From assembly GCA_965262115.1 (NCBI GenBank), contig OZ253496.1, positions 2,368,001 to 2,432,000 on the forward strand: a DNA stretch of 64,000 nucleotides, written 5' to 3'. The position numbers and the translations under genes are program-made. Of this stretch, positions 10,504-18,115 are shown piece by piece; positions within the stretch are counted from its first letter, which is position 1; the number at the start of each line of letters is the position of its first letter. Under the pieces are notes generated by a model. The model did not search any database. It saw nothing but the letters and a program-made list of their open reading frames with translations, and was not told the origin of the DNA. The DNA comes from Nitrospinales bacterium (GTDB taxonomy: Bacteria; Nitrospinota; Nitrospinia; Nitrospinales; VA-1).

Positions 10504-10898
10504 ATGAGTAAAAATACATCGTCGTATTGGAATGTTTTGAGCCCAGAAAACTCTGGTAAGTGGAAGCCAATTGAAGGTGCGGAGGGAATGCTGGAGCAAT
10601 TAACTTTGGCTATGGATGGTGTGACCGGTGACTATACGCGTTTAACTCGATTTAAAGCCGGGCGGATACAAAAAAATTTGGTGCCAAGTCGCATGATTAC
10701 CCTGAAGAGATCTATATAGTTTCTGGTCGTATTTATGATGAAGCTTTCGATATTTGGCTGGAAGCGGGTCATTTTGCAAGTCGTCCGCCAGGTGAAGTAC
10801 ATGGGCCATTTATTTGCGAAGAAGATTGTTTGGTTTTAGAAGTCTCGCATCCAAGCCAGTCGGTCAATGCCCACCCACCAGGCTCCTTGGGAGCATAA
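10504..10898 (+). CDS. Cupin (ChrR-like) protein, frameshifted near 10660
   Basis: YTRLTRFKAG then SHDYPEEIYIVSG...ASRPPGEVHGPF in a second frame; one extra G restores a single ORF. Confidence 0.7.
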
Positions 10899-10900
10899 AT

Positions 10901-10936
10901 CGTCATTGCGAGGAGGCAATGCTGACGAAGCAATCC
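10901..10936 (+). repeat. CGTC-type REP-like palindrome
   Basis: CGTCATTGCGAGG...GACGAAGCAATCC; inverted partner at 11159-11192, related copy near 20914-20949. Confidence 0.7.
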
Positions 10937-10944
10937 AGAATGGA

Positions 10945-11076
10945 ATGAAGCGACCCGCAATTTATATTATGACGAACAAACGGAATGGAACTCTTTATAC
11001 AGGCGTGACCAGCAACTTGGTTAAGCGCGTTTATGAGCATAAGAATGGGGTTGTGCCGGGTTTTCAAAAAAATATG
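10945..11076 (+). pseudogene. Truncated GIY-YIG nuclease (YhbQ/UPF0213-like)
   Basis: MKRPAIYIMTNKRNGTLYTGVTSNLVKRVYEHKNG; similarity lost after GF(S)KKY. Confidence 0.8.
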
Positions 11077-11113
11077 TCTGAATATTATTGCGAGGAGACG
11101 AAGGAGTCCAGAA

Positions 11114-11153
11114 TACCCTTGCAGGGCATGAAGGCTAATGAAGGAATATCACA
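11114..11153 (+). repeat. ~40-nt TACCCC unit copy
   Basis: TACCCTTGCAGGGCATGAAGGCTAATGAAGGAATATCACA. Confidence 0.85.
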
Positions 11154-11223
11154 AACCTGGATCGCCGCGCCGCTTCGCGGCTCGCGATGACGTAGAGGGG
11201 GTATTTTGGGCGATCGCGGTGCG

Positions 11224-11263
11224 TGTTATATTCCCGCCTCAGCCTTCACGCCCTGGAGTGGTA
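11224..11263 (-). repeat. ~40-nt TACCCC unit copy
   Basis: rc TACCACTCCAGGGCGTGAAGGCTGAGGCGGGAATATAACA, in the loop of a GCGGTG/CACCGC hairpin. Confidence 0.8.
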
Positions 11264-11296
11264 TCACCGCCGCATTGCCACCGGCGGCCACGCGGG

Positions 11297-11530
11297 CTAT
11301 TTGCAGCGGAATTTTTTGTATTCGCCGTAACCGACGATGGCGAAACCGAGGAACAGAATCCAGGTGGGATGCAGCACATGTTCCGGTTTATTGAAGAAGA
11401 GAATCAGCATCAGCGCCACGCCTGCCATGCAGACGGTCAAGCCGAGGAAGACAGCGTTCAATCCTTTTTCAAACCCATCCGGGTCTTTAAGTTGTTTCCT
11501 TACTTCCGGCCGCAGTTCATATTTAAACAT
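11297..11530 (-). CDS. Small membrane protein, two TM helices
   Basis: 77-aa ORF with two hydrophobic segments. Confidence 0.55.
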   Translation of the reverse strand: MFKYELRPEVRKQLKDPDGFEKGLNAVFLGLTVCMAGVALMLILFFNKPEHVLHPTWILFLGFAIVGYGEYKKFRCK

Positions 11531-11600
11531 GGTCTTTGTTTTTCAATAAGGCTGAAATGAACGACCCCGTTGCAAGCGGACGGAGTATCCTAATAAAACG

Positions 11601-12443
11601 TTATTTAAAAAGACGTGGCAAGCCACGGGGAATAAAACCCACTGGTGGGTTCAGGCTTCCCATCCGATACCCTTCTGGATCCAGCACTACACTGCTGAAT
11701 CCCAAAGCCTTTAATTTTTCCTGAACAGATTTCTGCATGGATTCATCATTCTGGTAGAGCGGCATTTCATCTTTGCCCAGTTCAATGTGGGCCTGGGTTT
11801 CAATGTGTCGGACACGCACCTGCTTGAACCCTAAAGAGAGCAGGAGGTCTTCGGCCTGTTCGACCCGGAAAAGTTTTTCAACTGTGACTGGCTGGCCGTA
11901 GGGAATTCGGGACGACAAGCAGGCCATTGCCGGTTTGTTCCAGATGGAAAGCTCCATCATGCGGGACAAATCCCGAACATCCTGCTTGTTGAATCCCGCT
12001 TCCACCAAGGGACTGCGCACGCCCTGCTCACGAGAGGAATCGAGTCCGGGCCGGTAATCACCGAGATCATCAGTGTTGATGCCATTTAAAATATGAGCGA
12101 TGTTTTCCTGCTCGGCGACTTTTTTCAGACTGGAATAAAGTTCCGTTTTGCAGTGGTAGCAACGGTTGGCCGGGTTGGCCCGGTATTCCGGATTGGACAT
12201 TTCCTCTGTTTTGATGACCCGATGCCTTGCCCCGATTTCCTCGGCCAACTGGCGGGAGGCCTGCAATTCCCGGTTTGGCACGCTGGCCGATTGCGCGGTC
12301 ACGGCCAATGCTTTTTCGCCTAGAACCCCATGGGCAAGGGCAAGAACCAGTGTGCTGTCCACCCCGCCGGAAAAGGCGACCAGTGCGCTATCCATTTCCC
12401 GGATTAGAAATTTTATTTTTTCTGTTTTTTGTTTCAGTGTCAT
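11601..12443 (-). CDS. larE: ATP-dependent sacrificial sulfur transferase LarE family
   Basis: PP-loop AFSGGVDS, RCYHCK, DDLGDYRPG, ACLSSRIPYG, GYRMGSLN. Confidence 0.9.
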   Translation of the reverse strand: MTLKQKTEKIKFLIREMDSALVAFSGGVDSTLVLALAHGVLGEKALAVTAQSASVPNRELQASRQLAEEIGARHRVIKTEEMSNPEYRANPANRCYHCKTELYSSLKKVAEQENIAHILNGINTDDLGDYRPGLDSSREQGVRSPLVEAGFNKQDVRDLSRMMELSIWNKPAMACLSSRIPYGQPVTVEKLFRVEQAEDLLLSLGFKQVRVRHIETQAHIELGKDEMPLYQNDESMQKSVQEKLKALGFSSVVLDPEGYRMGSLNPPVGFIPRGLPRLFK

Positions 12444-12493
12444 GAGGAGATTTTAATATTGATTTTAGCTAAGAATAACACAAAGAATAGGGC

Positions 12494-12590
12494 AAAAAAA
12501 TCCGGGAACAGAGAGTGTGGTCTGTTCCCGGACATCCGAGGAGGAGGTGTTCTTTGAGGGGTAACGAGCGCTACTCTCTTTACCCCTCAT
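12494..12590 (-). ncRNA. Candidate ~95-nt small RNA with anti-SD linker and intrinsic terminator
   Basis: 5' hairpin 12556-12588, CACCUCCUCCUC linker, 12-bp stem 12501-12532 plus U7, upstream TACACT. Confidence 0.4.
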
Positions 12591-12811
12591 ATTAAACAGT
12601 GTAACGGAAGATTCCGGGAGAACCCCAGCTTTTCCAAGTTAAGTTTTACCTTAAATTGAGTTTCTGGTTCAGGTGGGGGTACCCAGGAAATCGGATCCTT
12701 GAAGTCTAGTAAAAACAAAGAGATTGGGTTCGAGATTTCATCCCTGCTACGCAAACCCTACAGGGTTTGGCTCACCTTAAGATTAGGGCTCAAATTCTCC
12801 CAGAGTGGGTT

Positions 12812-14587
12812 TCAGGATAAATCGGCTTTGAGCCTCAATTCCCGCAGTTGTTTCGGGTCCACTTCCGAGGGGGCCTCGGTCATCAGGCAGGTGGCTTTCT
12901 GGGTTTTGGGAAAGGCGATCACGTCCCGGATTGATGCGGCACCTGAAAGTAACATAACGATTCGGTCCAGTCCCATGGCGATGCCGCAATGCGGCGGAGC
13001 TCCATACTGCAACGCGTCCAGCAGGAATCCGAATTTAGCCTCAGCTTCTTCTTGACCGATGCCGAGGAGTTTGAACATTTTCTCCTGCACTTCTTTTTGA
13101 TGGATACGGATACTGCCGCCACCAATTTCGTTGCCATTCAGCACCAGATCATAAGCCCGCGCTTGAATGGAACCGGGATCACTCTCGAATTTCCCCAAAT
13201 CTTCTTCACGCGGAGCGGTGAAGGGGTGATGCATGGCGGTATATCTTTTTTCCGTATCATCATATTCCACCAGGGGAAACTCGGTGACCCATGTGAAGGC
13301 ATTTTCCGATTCATCGATCAGGTTCAACTGCTTGCCTAAAGCCAGCCGTAGGTGCGCAAGGGCATCGGCCACAATTTTGGGAGAGTCGGCGATGAAAACA
13401 ACTGTGTCGCCGGGTTTGCTGTCCAAGGCTTTCAGCATTTTGTCGAGCATTTCCTGCTCAAAGAATTTGATGATGGGCGACTGCAATTCGTTTTCCTGAA
13501 CCTTTATCCAGGCCATGCCTTTAGCGCCATAAGTTTTGGCAATTTCTGTTAAATCATCCAGCGCTTTGCGGGACAAAGACTCGGCGCTGTTTTTAACATT
13601 GAGGGCGCGAACCTGTCCGCCCGATTCCAGCACCTGGGCAAACACTTTAAACGAGGTGCCCCGGACAATTTCTCCCAGGTCCACGATTTCCATGCCGAAT
13701 CGCGTATCTGGTTTATCGGTTCCGAACCGGTCGATGGCATCCTGATATTTCAGAATGGGGAAGGGTGTTTCGATTTTTATGCCGAGGACTTCCTGATAAA
13801 TTGCCGCCATCATTTCTTCAGTTATCTGAAACAATAATTTTTCATTGCCGAATGACATTTCGATATCGATCTGGGTGAATTCCGGTTGCCGGTCCTGACG
13901 CAAATCTTCATCGCGAAAGCATTTAACGATCTGGTAGTACCGGTCCATGCCCGAGACCATGAGAATCTGTTTGAACAATTGCGGCGACTGGGGCAGGGCA
14001 TAAAACTTTTGCGGATTGAATCGGCTGGGTACCAGATAATCCCGAGCTCCTTCCGGGGTGCTCTTGGTCAGCATGGGGGTTTCCACCTCCATGAATCCAT
14101 GCCGGTGCAGTTCGTTTCTCGCCACCCGGGTGGTGTCATAGCGAATTTTCAGGTTGCGTTGCAGTTCCGGCCCGCGCAGATCAAGAAATCGGTATTTCAG
14201 GCGCAGAACTTCTGAGGTGTCCTGTGGTTCCCAGGGTGAGATGGGCGGAGTTTCCGATGGATTGAGAATGCTCAACTCATCGACATAAACCTCAATAATG
14301 CCGGTTTTCAGTTTTGGGTTCACCATATCATCCGGTCGGGCGCGAACCTTGCCAACAACGCCGATGACAAAATTGCCACGAATGGATTGCGCGTGCTCGT
14401 GCGCCAGTTGGTCGATTTGTGGATTCAGGACCACCTGGGTCATGCCGTATTTGTCCCACAGGTCGACGAAAATGAGTCCCCCGTGATCGCGCCGGGTATG
14501 CACCCATCCGCACAGAGCCACTGTTTCGCCGATATGCTCATCCGACAATGTCCCGCAATCATGCGTTCTTTGCAGTTCGTTGCTCAT
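12812..14587 (-). CDS. aspS: Aspartyl-tRNA synthetase (probably non-discriminating)
   Basis: RTHDCG, WVHTRRDHGG, STPEGARDYLVP, LPQSPQLFKQ, GGSIRIH; His in RRDHGG is typical of ND enzymes. Confidence 0.95.
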   Translation of the reverse strand: MSNELQRTHDCGTLSDEHIGETVALCGWVHTRRDHGGLIFVDLWDKYGMTQVVLNPQIDQLAHEHAQSIRGNFVIGVVGKVRARPDDMVNPKLKTGIIEVYVDELSILNPSETPPISPWEPQDTSEVLRLKYRFLDLRGPELQRNLKIRYDTTRVARNELHRHGFMEVETPMLTKSTPEGARDYLVPSRFNPQKFYALPQSPQLFKQILMVSGMDRYYQIVKCFRDEDLRQDRQPEFTQIDIEMSFGNEKLLFQITEEMMAAIYQEVLGIKIETPFPILKYQDAIDRFGTDKPDTRFGMEIVDLGEIVRGTSFKVFAQVLESGGQVRALNVKNSAESLSRKALDDLTEIAKTYGAKGMAWIKVQENELQSPIIKFFEQEMLDKMLKALDSKPGDTVVFIADSPKIVADALAHLRLALGKQLNLIDESENAFTWVTEFPLVEYDDTEKRYTAMHHPFTAPREEDLGKFESDPGSIQARAYDLVLNGNEIGGGSIRIHQKEVQEKMFKLLGIGQEEAEAKFGFLLDALQYGAPPHCGIAMGLDRIVMLLSGAASIRDVIAFPKTQKATCLMTEAPSEVDPKQLRELRLKADLS

Positions 14588-14659
14588 TTGATTATTTGTA
14601 AGGGGTGATAAGGGGCCAAAGTTCAACAAGGTACTGAAAAGAAGGCAGACTTGCAAGCG

Positions 14660-15973
14660 TTAATCTGGCGGGGAAGAAGGTTGCTGTTCTTCCGAGGTTT
14701 CCTCGTTCTCCTGACTGATGAGAGATTCTTCCTGCTCTGCCTGTGCGGCCGCCTTTTGTTCAGCTTCGATTTTGGCCAGTTCCTGTTCCTGGCGTTTTTT
14801 GTAAAGCTGATATTCGACCACCATCTGCGGCTTGATTTTGATCGCCAGGGGAATATTGACGGTGCTGCACGAGCGCATGCAGACTCCGCACCCGGTGCAG
14901 ATATTTTTGTCGATAACCGGCTTGTCGTTGACCTGAAAAATCGCTCCGGGAACCGGGCAATCGATCACGCATTGCTGGCAGAACGTATCGCCATAGGCCT
15001 GGCATTTTTTCTTGTCCAAAATGGCGTAGCCCATATTCACATCCGTCAGCTCCTGGACCGGGAGCAAGGCTTTATCCGGGCAGGCTGAGATGCAGGGCAG
15101 GTCGGTGCACATCACACACGGATTGCGCATGGGGTCGATATAAGGTGTGTTGAAAACGAGGAACCCCATTTTCTTGGGCGCGCGCAAGATGGCATCCTTG
15201 GGACAGGCGTGGATGCATTCGTCGCAACGGGAACAGGCTTGCAAAAACTGTTTTTCAGAAATCGCGCCCGGCGGTCGCAACAGAGGAACCCGCTTGGTGA
15301 TCTTGTCCACCGCTTTGTTGACACTGTCAATTTTGCTTTGAACTTTTTCTACGGTGGGCTTGGCGAAAAAGTGGACGCCCTGACGCAATATATTGCGGCG
15401 GTCGTATTCCTTATCCTCAACCTCTTCGAGTTGGAAGATATTATGGCCCACCTCAGCTTCGGTGGATGCTTCTACAGGTTCGACCTCTGGTTCCGAGTCG
15501 GGCTCAAGCTCTCCTCGAAGCAAACGCTTCTCTTCGGGACTTTCTTTAAACCGGGATATCAGGCGCTTAAAGAACCCTTTTTTCGGGGCAGGTTCGGCCT
15601 CATCTATTTCTTCGGCACCTTCCACTTGTTCGACATTTTCGACTCCCTCGGCCTCTTCAACGAGTTCGGGTTCAGCAGGAGTCTCATCCTCTATGGGTGT
15701 TGGGGATTTCGTTTTGGCTTCCTCTTCCACTGCAGTGCCGAAATCCAGGAAGTTGCCGAACGAAAATATGTCCCGACGCGACATTTCCCGGGGTTCTTCT
15801 TTGACCGGTTGAGGGGTGATGGTGTCTTTATCCAGACTCATGGGGTTCGGTTCAATCTGGGCGCTGGAGTGGTTTCCGCGCTGGTCCTCGTCGATAAGAT
15901 CTTCAACGCCCCGTTCGGTGTTTTTCTTTTTCCCTTTAAAGGTTTCTTTTGCGAGATGATGTCTAAACTTCAT
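14660..15973 (-). CDS. NapG/MauM-like polyferredoxin with long acidic N-terminus (start uncertain, alternative 15841)
   Basis: LRPPGA, CSRCDECIHACP, CVMC..PCISACP, CQQCVIDCP, CTGCGVC. Confidence 0.75.
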   Translation of the reverse strand: MKFRHHLAKETFKGKKKNTERGVEDLIDEDQRGNHSSAQIEPNPMSLDKDTITPQPVKEEPREMSRRDIFSFGNFLDFGTAVEEEAKTKSPTPIEDETPAEPELVEEAEGVENVEQVEGAEEIDEAEPAPKKGFFKRLISRFKESPEEKRLLRGELEPDSEPEVEPVEASTEAEVGHNIFQLEEVEDKEYDRRNILRQGVHFFAKPTVEKVQSKIDSVNKAVDKITKRVPLLRPPGAISEKQFLQACSRCDECIHACPKDAILRAPKKMGFLVFNTPYIDPMRNPCVMCTDLPCISACPDKALLPVQELTDVNMGYAILDKKKCQAYGDTFCQQCVIDCPVPGAIFQVNDKPVIDKNICTGCGVCMRSCSTVNIPLAIKIKPQMVVEYQLYKKRQEQELAKIEAEQKAAAQAEQEESLISQENEETSEEQQPSSPPD

Positions 15974-16104
15974 GGTTGTTTCCGGCGAGCCGCCGGGGGC
16001 AATTTGCAATGATTCGTTGAGCCGAGAATACGGTTGCTAGCAGTGATTAAGTTATTGCCAGTTGTACCCCTTCTACCCCTTCTACCCCTTTGTATGTTGT
16101 TCAT

Positions 16105-16315
16105 AAGGGGAATTTGTAGTAGTTGTACCTGTGAGCCCTGTGGGAAGCCGGTTTTGTGTTTTCCACAAGGCTCACAGGGTTTGATTCAGGGCACAATAGA
16201 TCGTTTACCCCTTGGGCTTTTAAGCCCGTCCCGAAGCGCAGATCGTTGTGTCCTATTTTGATTAACCCGAACAGTTGCCTGGGCCACTGAGCCCGCATCG
16301 GCAAGGCTGGGAGAC
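16105..16315 (+). ncRNA. Predicted bridge RNA of the IS110 element (ends approximate)
   Basis: 5' stem-loop 16128-16178; target-binding loop 16188-16254; donor-binding loop 16266-16311; guides match the target and donor. Confidence 0.85.
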
Positions 16316-16321
16316 CAAATT

Positions 16322-17272
16322 ATGAATCAGAAACCCCATTTTATTGGCATCGATATTTCTAAACTCCATCTGGATGTTGCTGACAGCATGACTCAAGAAA
16401 CCTGGCAAACCGCTAACAATGAAGAAGGGATTGCTGGTTTGGTCGAGAGTTTATCCGCCTTAAATCCTCCATTGATCGTTTTGGAAGCCACAGGCGGCTT
16501 AGAGATCCCGTTGGCTTCGGCCCTGGTTGCGGGTCGACTGCCAGTAGCCGTGGTCAACCCACGGCAAGTTCGTGATTTTGCCAAAGCCACCGGGAAACTG
16601 GCAAAAACCGATGTCATTGATTCTCTTGTGCTGGCCCATTTTGCCAAGGCCATACGTCCTGAGGTCAGGAAAATCAAAGACGAAGAATCTCTTGAACTCT
16701 CAGCTCTAGTGACACGCCGTCGCCAGTTGATCGAGATGCTGACCAAAGAAAAAACCCGTCTAAAACAAGCTCCAAAATGGATATGTAAAGACATTAAGGA
16801 GCATATCGAATCTCTTAAAAAACGCTTGCGAAAAATCGATGGCGACCTTTCCAGAACCATCAAAAACAGTTCTGCCTGGCGTGAGCACGACCAGATCATA
16901 CAAAGTGTTCCCGGTGCCGGTCCCGTTCTGGCTGTCAACCTCTTGGCCGGGGTTCCGGAACTTGGAGTTCTTAATCAGAAGCAAATCGCCGCCCTCATCG
17001 GTCTCGCTCCCCTCAATCGGGACAGCGGAAAGTTCCGGGGCCGCCGGTGTATCTGGGGCGGCCGCGCCAATGTGCGTGCCGCTTTATACATGGCCGCCGT
17101 CACTGCCATGCAGCATAATCCCGTGATTCGTACCTTTTACACACGCCTCATCGAAAAGGGCAAACCCTTTAAAGTTGCCATTACCGCATGCATGAGAAAG
17201 TTATTAACGATCATCAATACCATGATCAAAACAAAAACACTCTGGAATGAAAATCTCATTGCCAGCACTTGA
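16322..17272 (+). CDS. IS110-family recombinase/transposase, 316 aa
   Basis: DEDD RuvC-like residues (GID, LEATG, KTDVID); Tnp domain with RDSG serine and GGRANVRAALYMAA. Confidence 0.95.
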   Translation: MNQKPHFIGIDISKLHLDVADSMTQETWQTANNEEGIAGLVESLSALNPPLIVLEATGGLEIPLASALVAGRLPVAVVNPRQVRDFAKATGKLAKTDVIDSLVLAHFAKAIRPEVRKIKDEESLELSALVTRRRQLIEMLTKEKTRLKQAPKWICKDIKEHIESLKKRLRKIDGDLSRTIKNSSAWREHDQIIQSVPGAGPVLAVNLLAGVPELGVLNQKQIAALIGLAPLNRDSGKFRGRRCIWGGRANVRAALYMAAVTAMQHNPVIRTFYTRLIEKGKPFKVAITACMRKLLTIINTMIKTKTLWNENLIAST

Positions 17273-17274
17273 CA
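17269..17274 (+). promoter_or_regulatory. -35 box (TTGACA) of the predicted circle-junction promoter
   Basis: In the circular form TTGACA lies 18 bp from left-end TATGTT (16093-16098), pointing into the bridge RNA. Confidence 0.65.
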
Positions 17275-17289
17275 TTTAACACAGTTGCT

Positions 17290-17355
17290 TCGGGGCATGA
17301 AAGCCAATGAAGAGGGCATAACAGGGGCATGAAACTTTTGGAAGAGGATATCACA
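17290..17355 (+). repeat. Right halves of two nested 40-nt units (left halves TACCCCTTC at 16074 and TACCCCT at 16083)
   Basis: TCGGGGCATGAAAGCCAATGAAGAGGGCATAACA then GGGGCATGAAACTTTTGGAAGAGGATATCACA. Confidence 0.85.
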
Positions 17356-17417
17356 GCCCCTTGCCTTCGGCAGTCGCGTTAGCGTTACTGCCGCGCTGCC
17401 ACTGGCGGCCTCGCCGA

Positions 17418-17912
17418 TTAGAGCCAACCGTTTTCTGTGGCGATATTGTTATAGTCGTGCCAGTTTTGCGCGTCTGCGTTTTCGAGCATATATTCATCCA
17501 TAGCCAGTACTAATGGATGGCCCTTGTTGACAAAGGATTGCACCGTCGGAAACCGCAAAACAAAAGTGGTGACTGCGGCTTTACCCAAAGTCATGATATT
17601 CGGATCTTTTGCTATAGCCTTGAGGACTTCTTCAGCATTTTCGGGAGTGATCGACTGGAACAATTCCGCTGTTTTTTCTTCCAGTTCAGGATGATCATCG
17701 CAAGCGACGGCGGCGAGCATCTGCAACTCAAGAATCTTTTGATAGTCGGCTTCGTCGTATTCCCCTTCCATACGACCTTCTTCCCAGGCCGATCCCTCCA
17801 AATTACGTTCCCCCGGGCTGTCTCTACGTTCAGACGTTTCTGAAAATGCCAGATTTGCTTCATCCAGCAGGATTTTGGCTTTAACTTCCGCGCTGGTTTC
17901 TGTGTTGGACAT
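17418..17912 (-). CDS. Hypothetical acidic protein
   Basis: 164-aa ORF with GGAG upstream; no motif recognised. Confidence 0.6.
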   Translation of the reverse strand: MSNTETSAEVKAKILLDEANLAFSETSERRDSPGERNLEGSAWEEGRMEGEYDEADYQKILELQMLAAVACDDHPELEEKTAELFQSITPENAEEVLKAIAKDPNIMTLGKAAVTTFVLRFPTVQSFVNKGHPLVLAMDEYMLENADAQNWHDYNNIATENGWL

Positions 17913-18115
17913 GACTTGTTTCGTGCTCCATTTTAACTATGGGTTGATACCGGGGGTCACTGCCGAGTCTGGCTCCCCTGGGTATTTTAGGAAACTTTCC
18001 CGATTTTCGCCCGATTTTGATTAAAGGTATAGATGGCAATATGTTAGCATTAACCCGATAGATTCCAAAAAATTAAAAGCGATTCACCGAAAGAACTGCG
18101 TTTAAAGGAACCTGT

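Larger units (their letters stand above)
16088..17289 (+). mobile_element. IS110-family insertion sequence (IS621-like layout), ~1.2 kb, CT core at both ends
   Basis: Left junction TACCC-CT-TTGTATG, right junction ACAGTTG-CT-TCGGGG; excision restores TACCCCTTCGGGGCATGAA, the 40-nt unit. Confidence 0.9.

Noticed and set aside
10867..11190. 107-aa ORF as an intact nuclease
   Set aside because: Only the middle ~40 aa are GIY-YIG-like; both ends translate repeats
16031..16045. GTTGCT as an alternative IS110 left end
   Set aside because: It does not restore a repeat target, gives no -10 box and does not match the RNA guides, whereas 16088 satisfies all three
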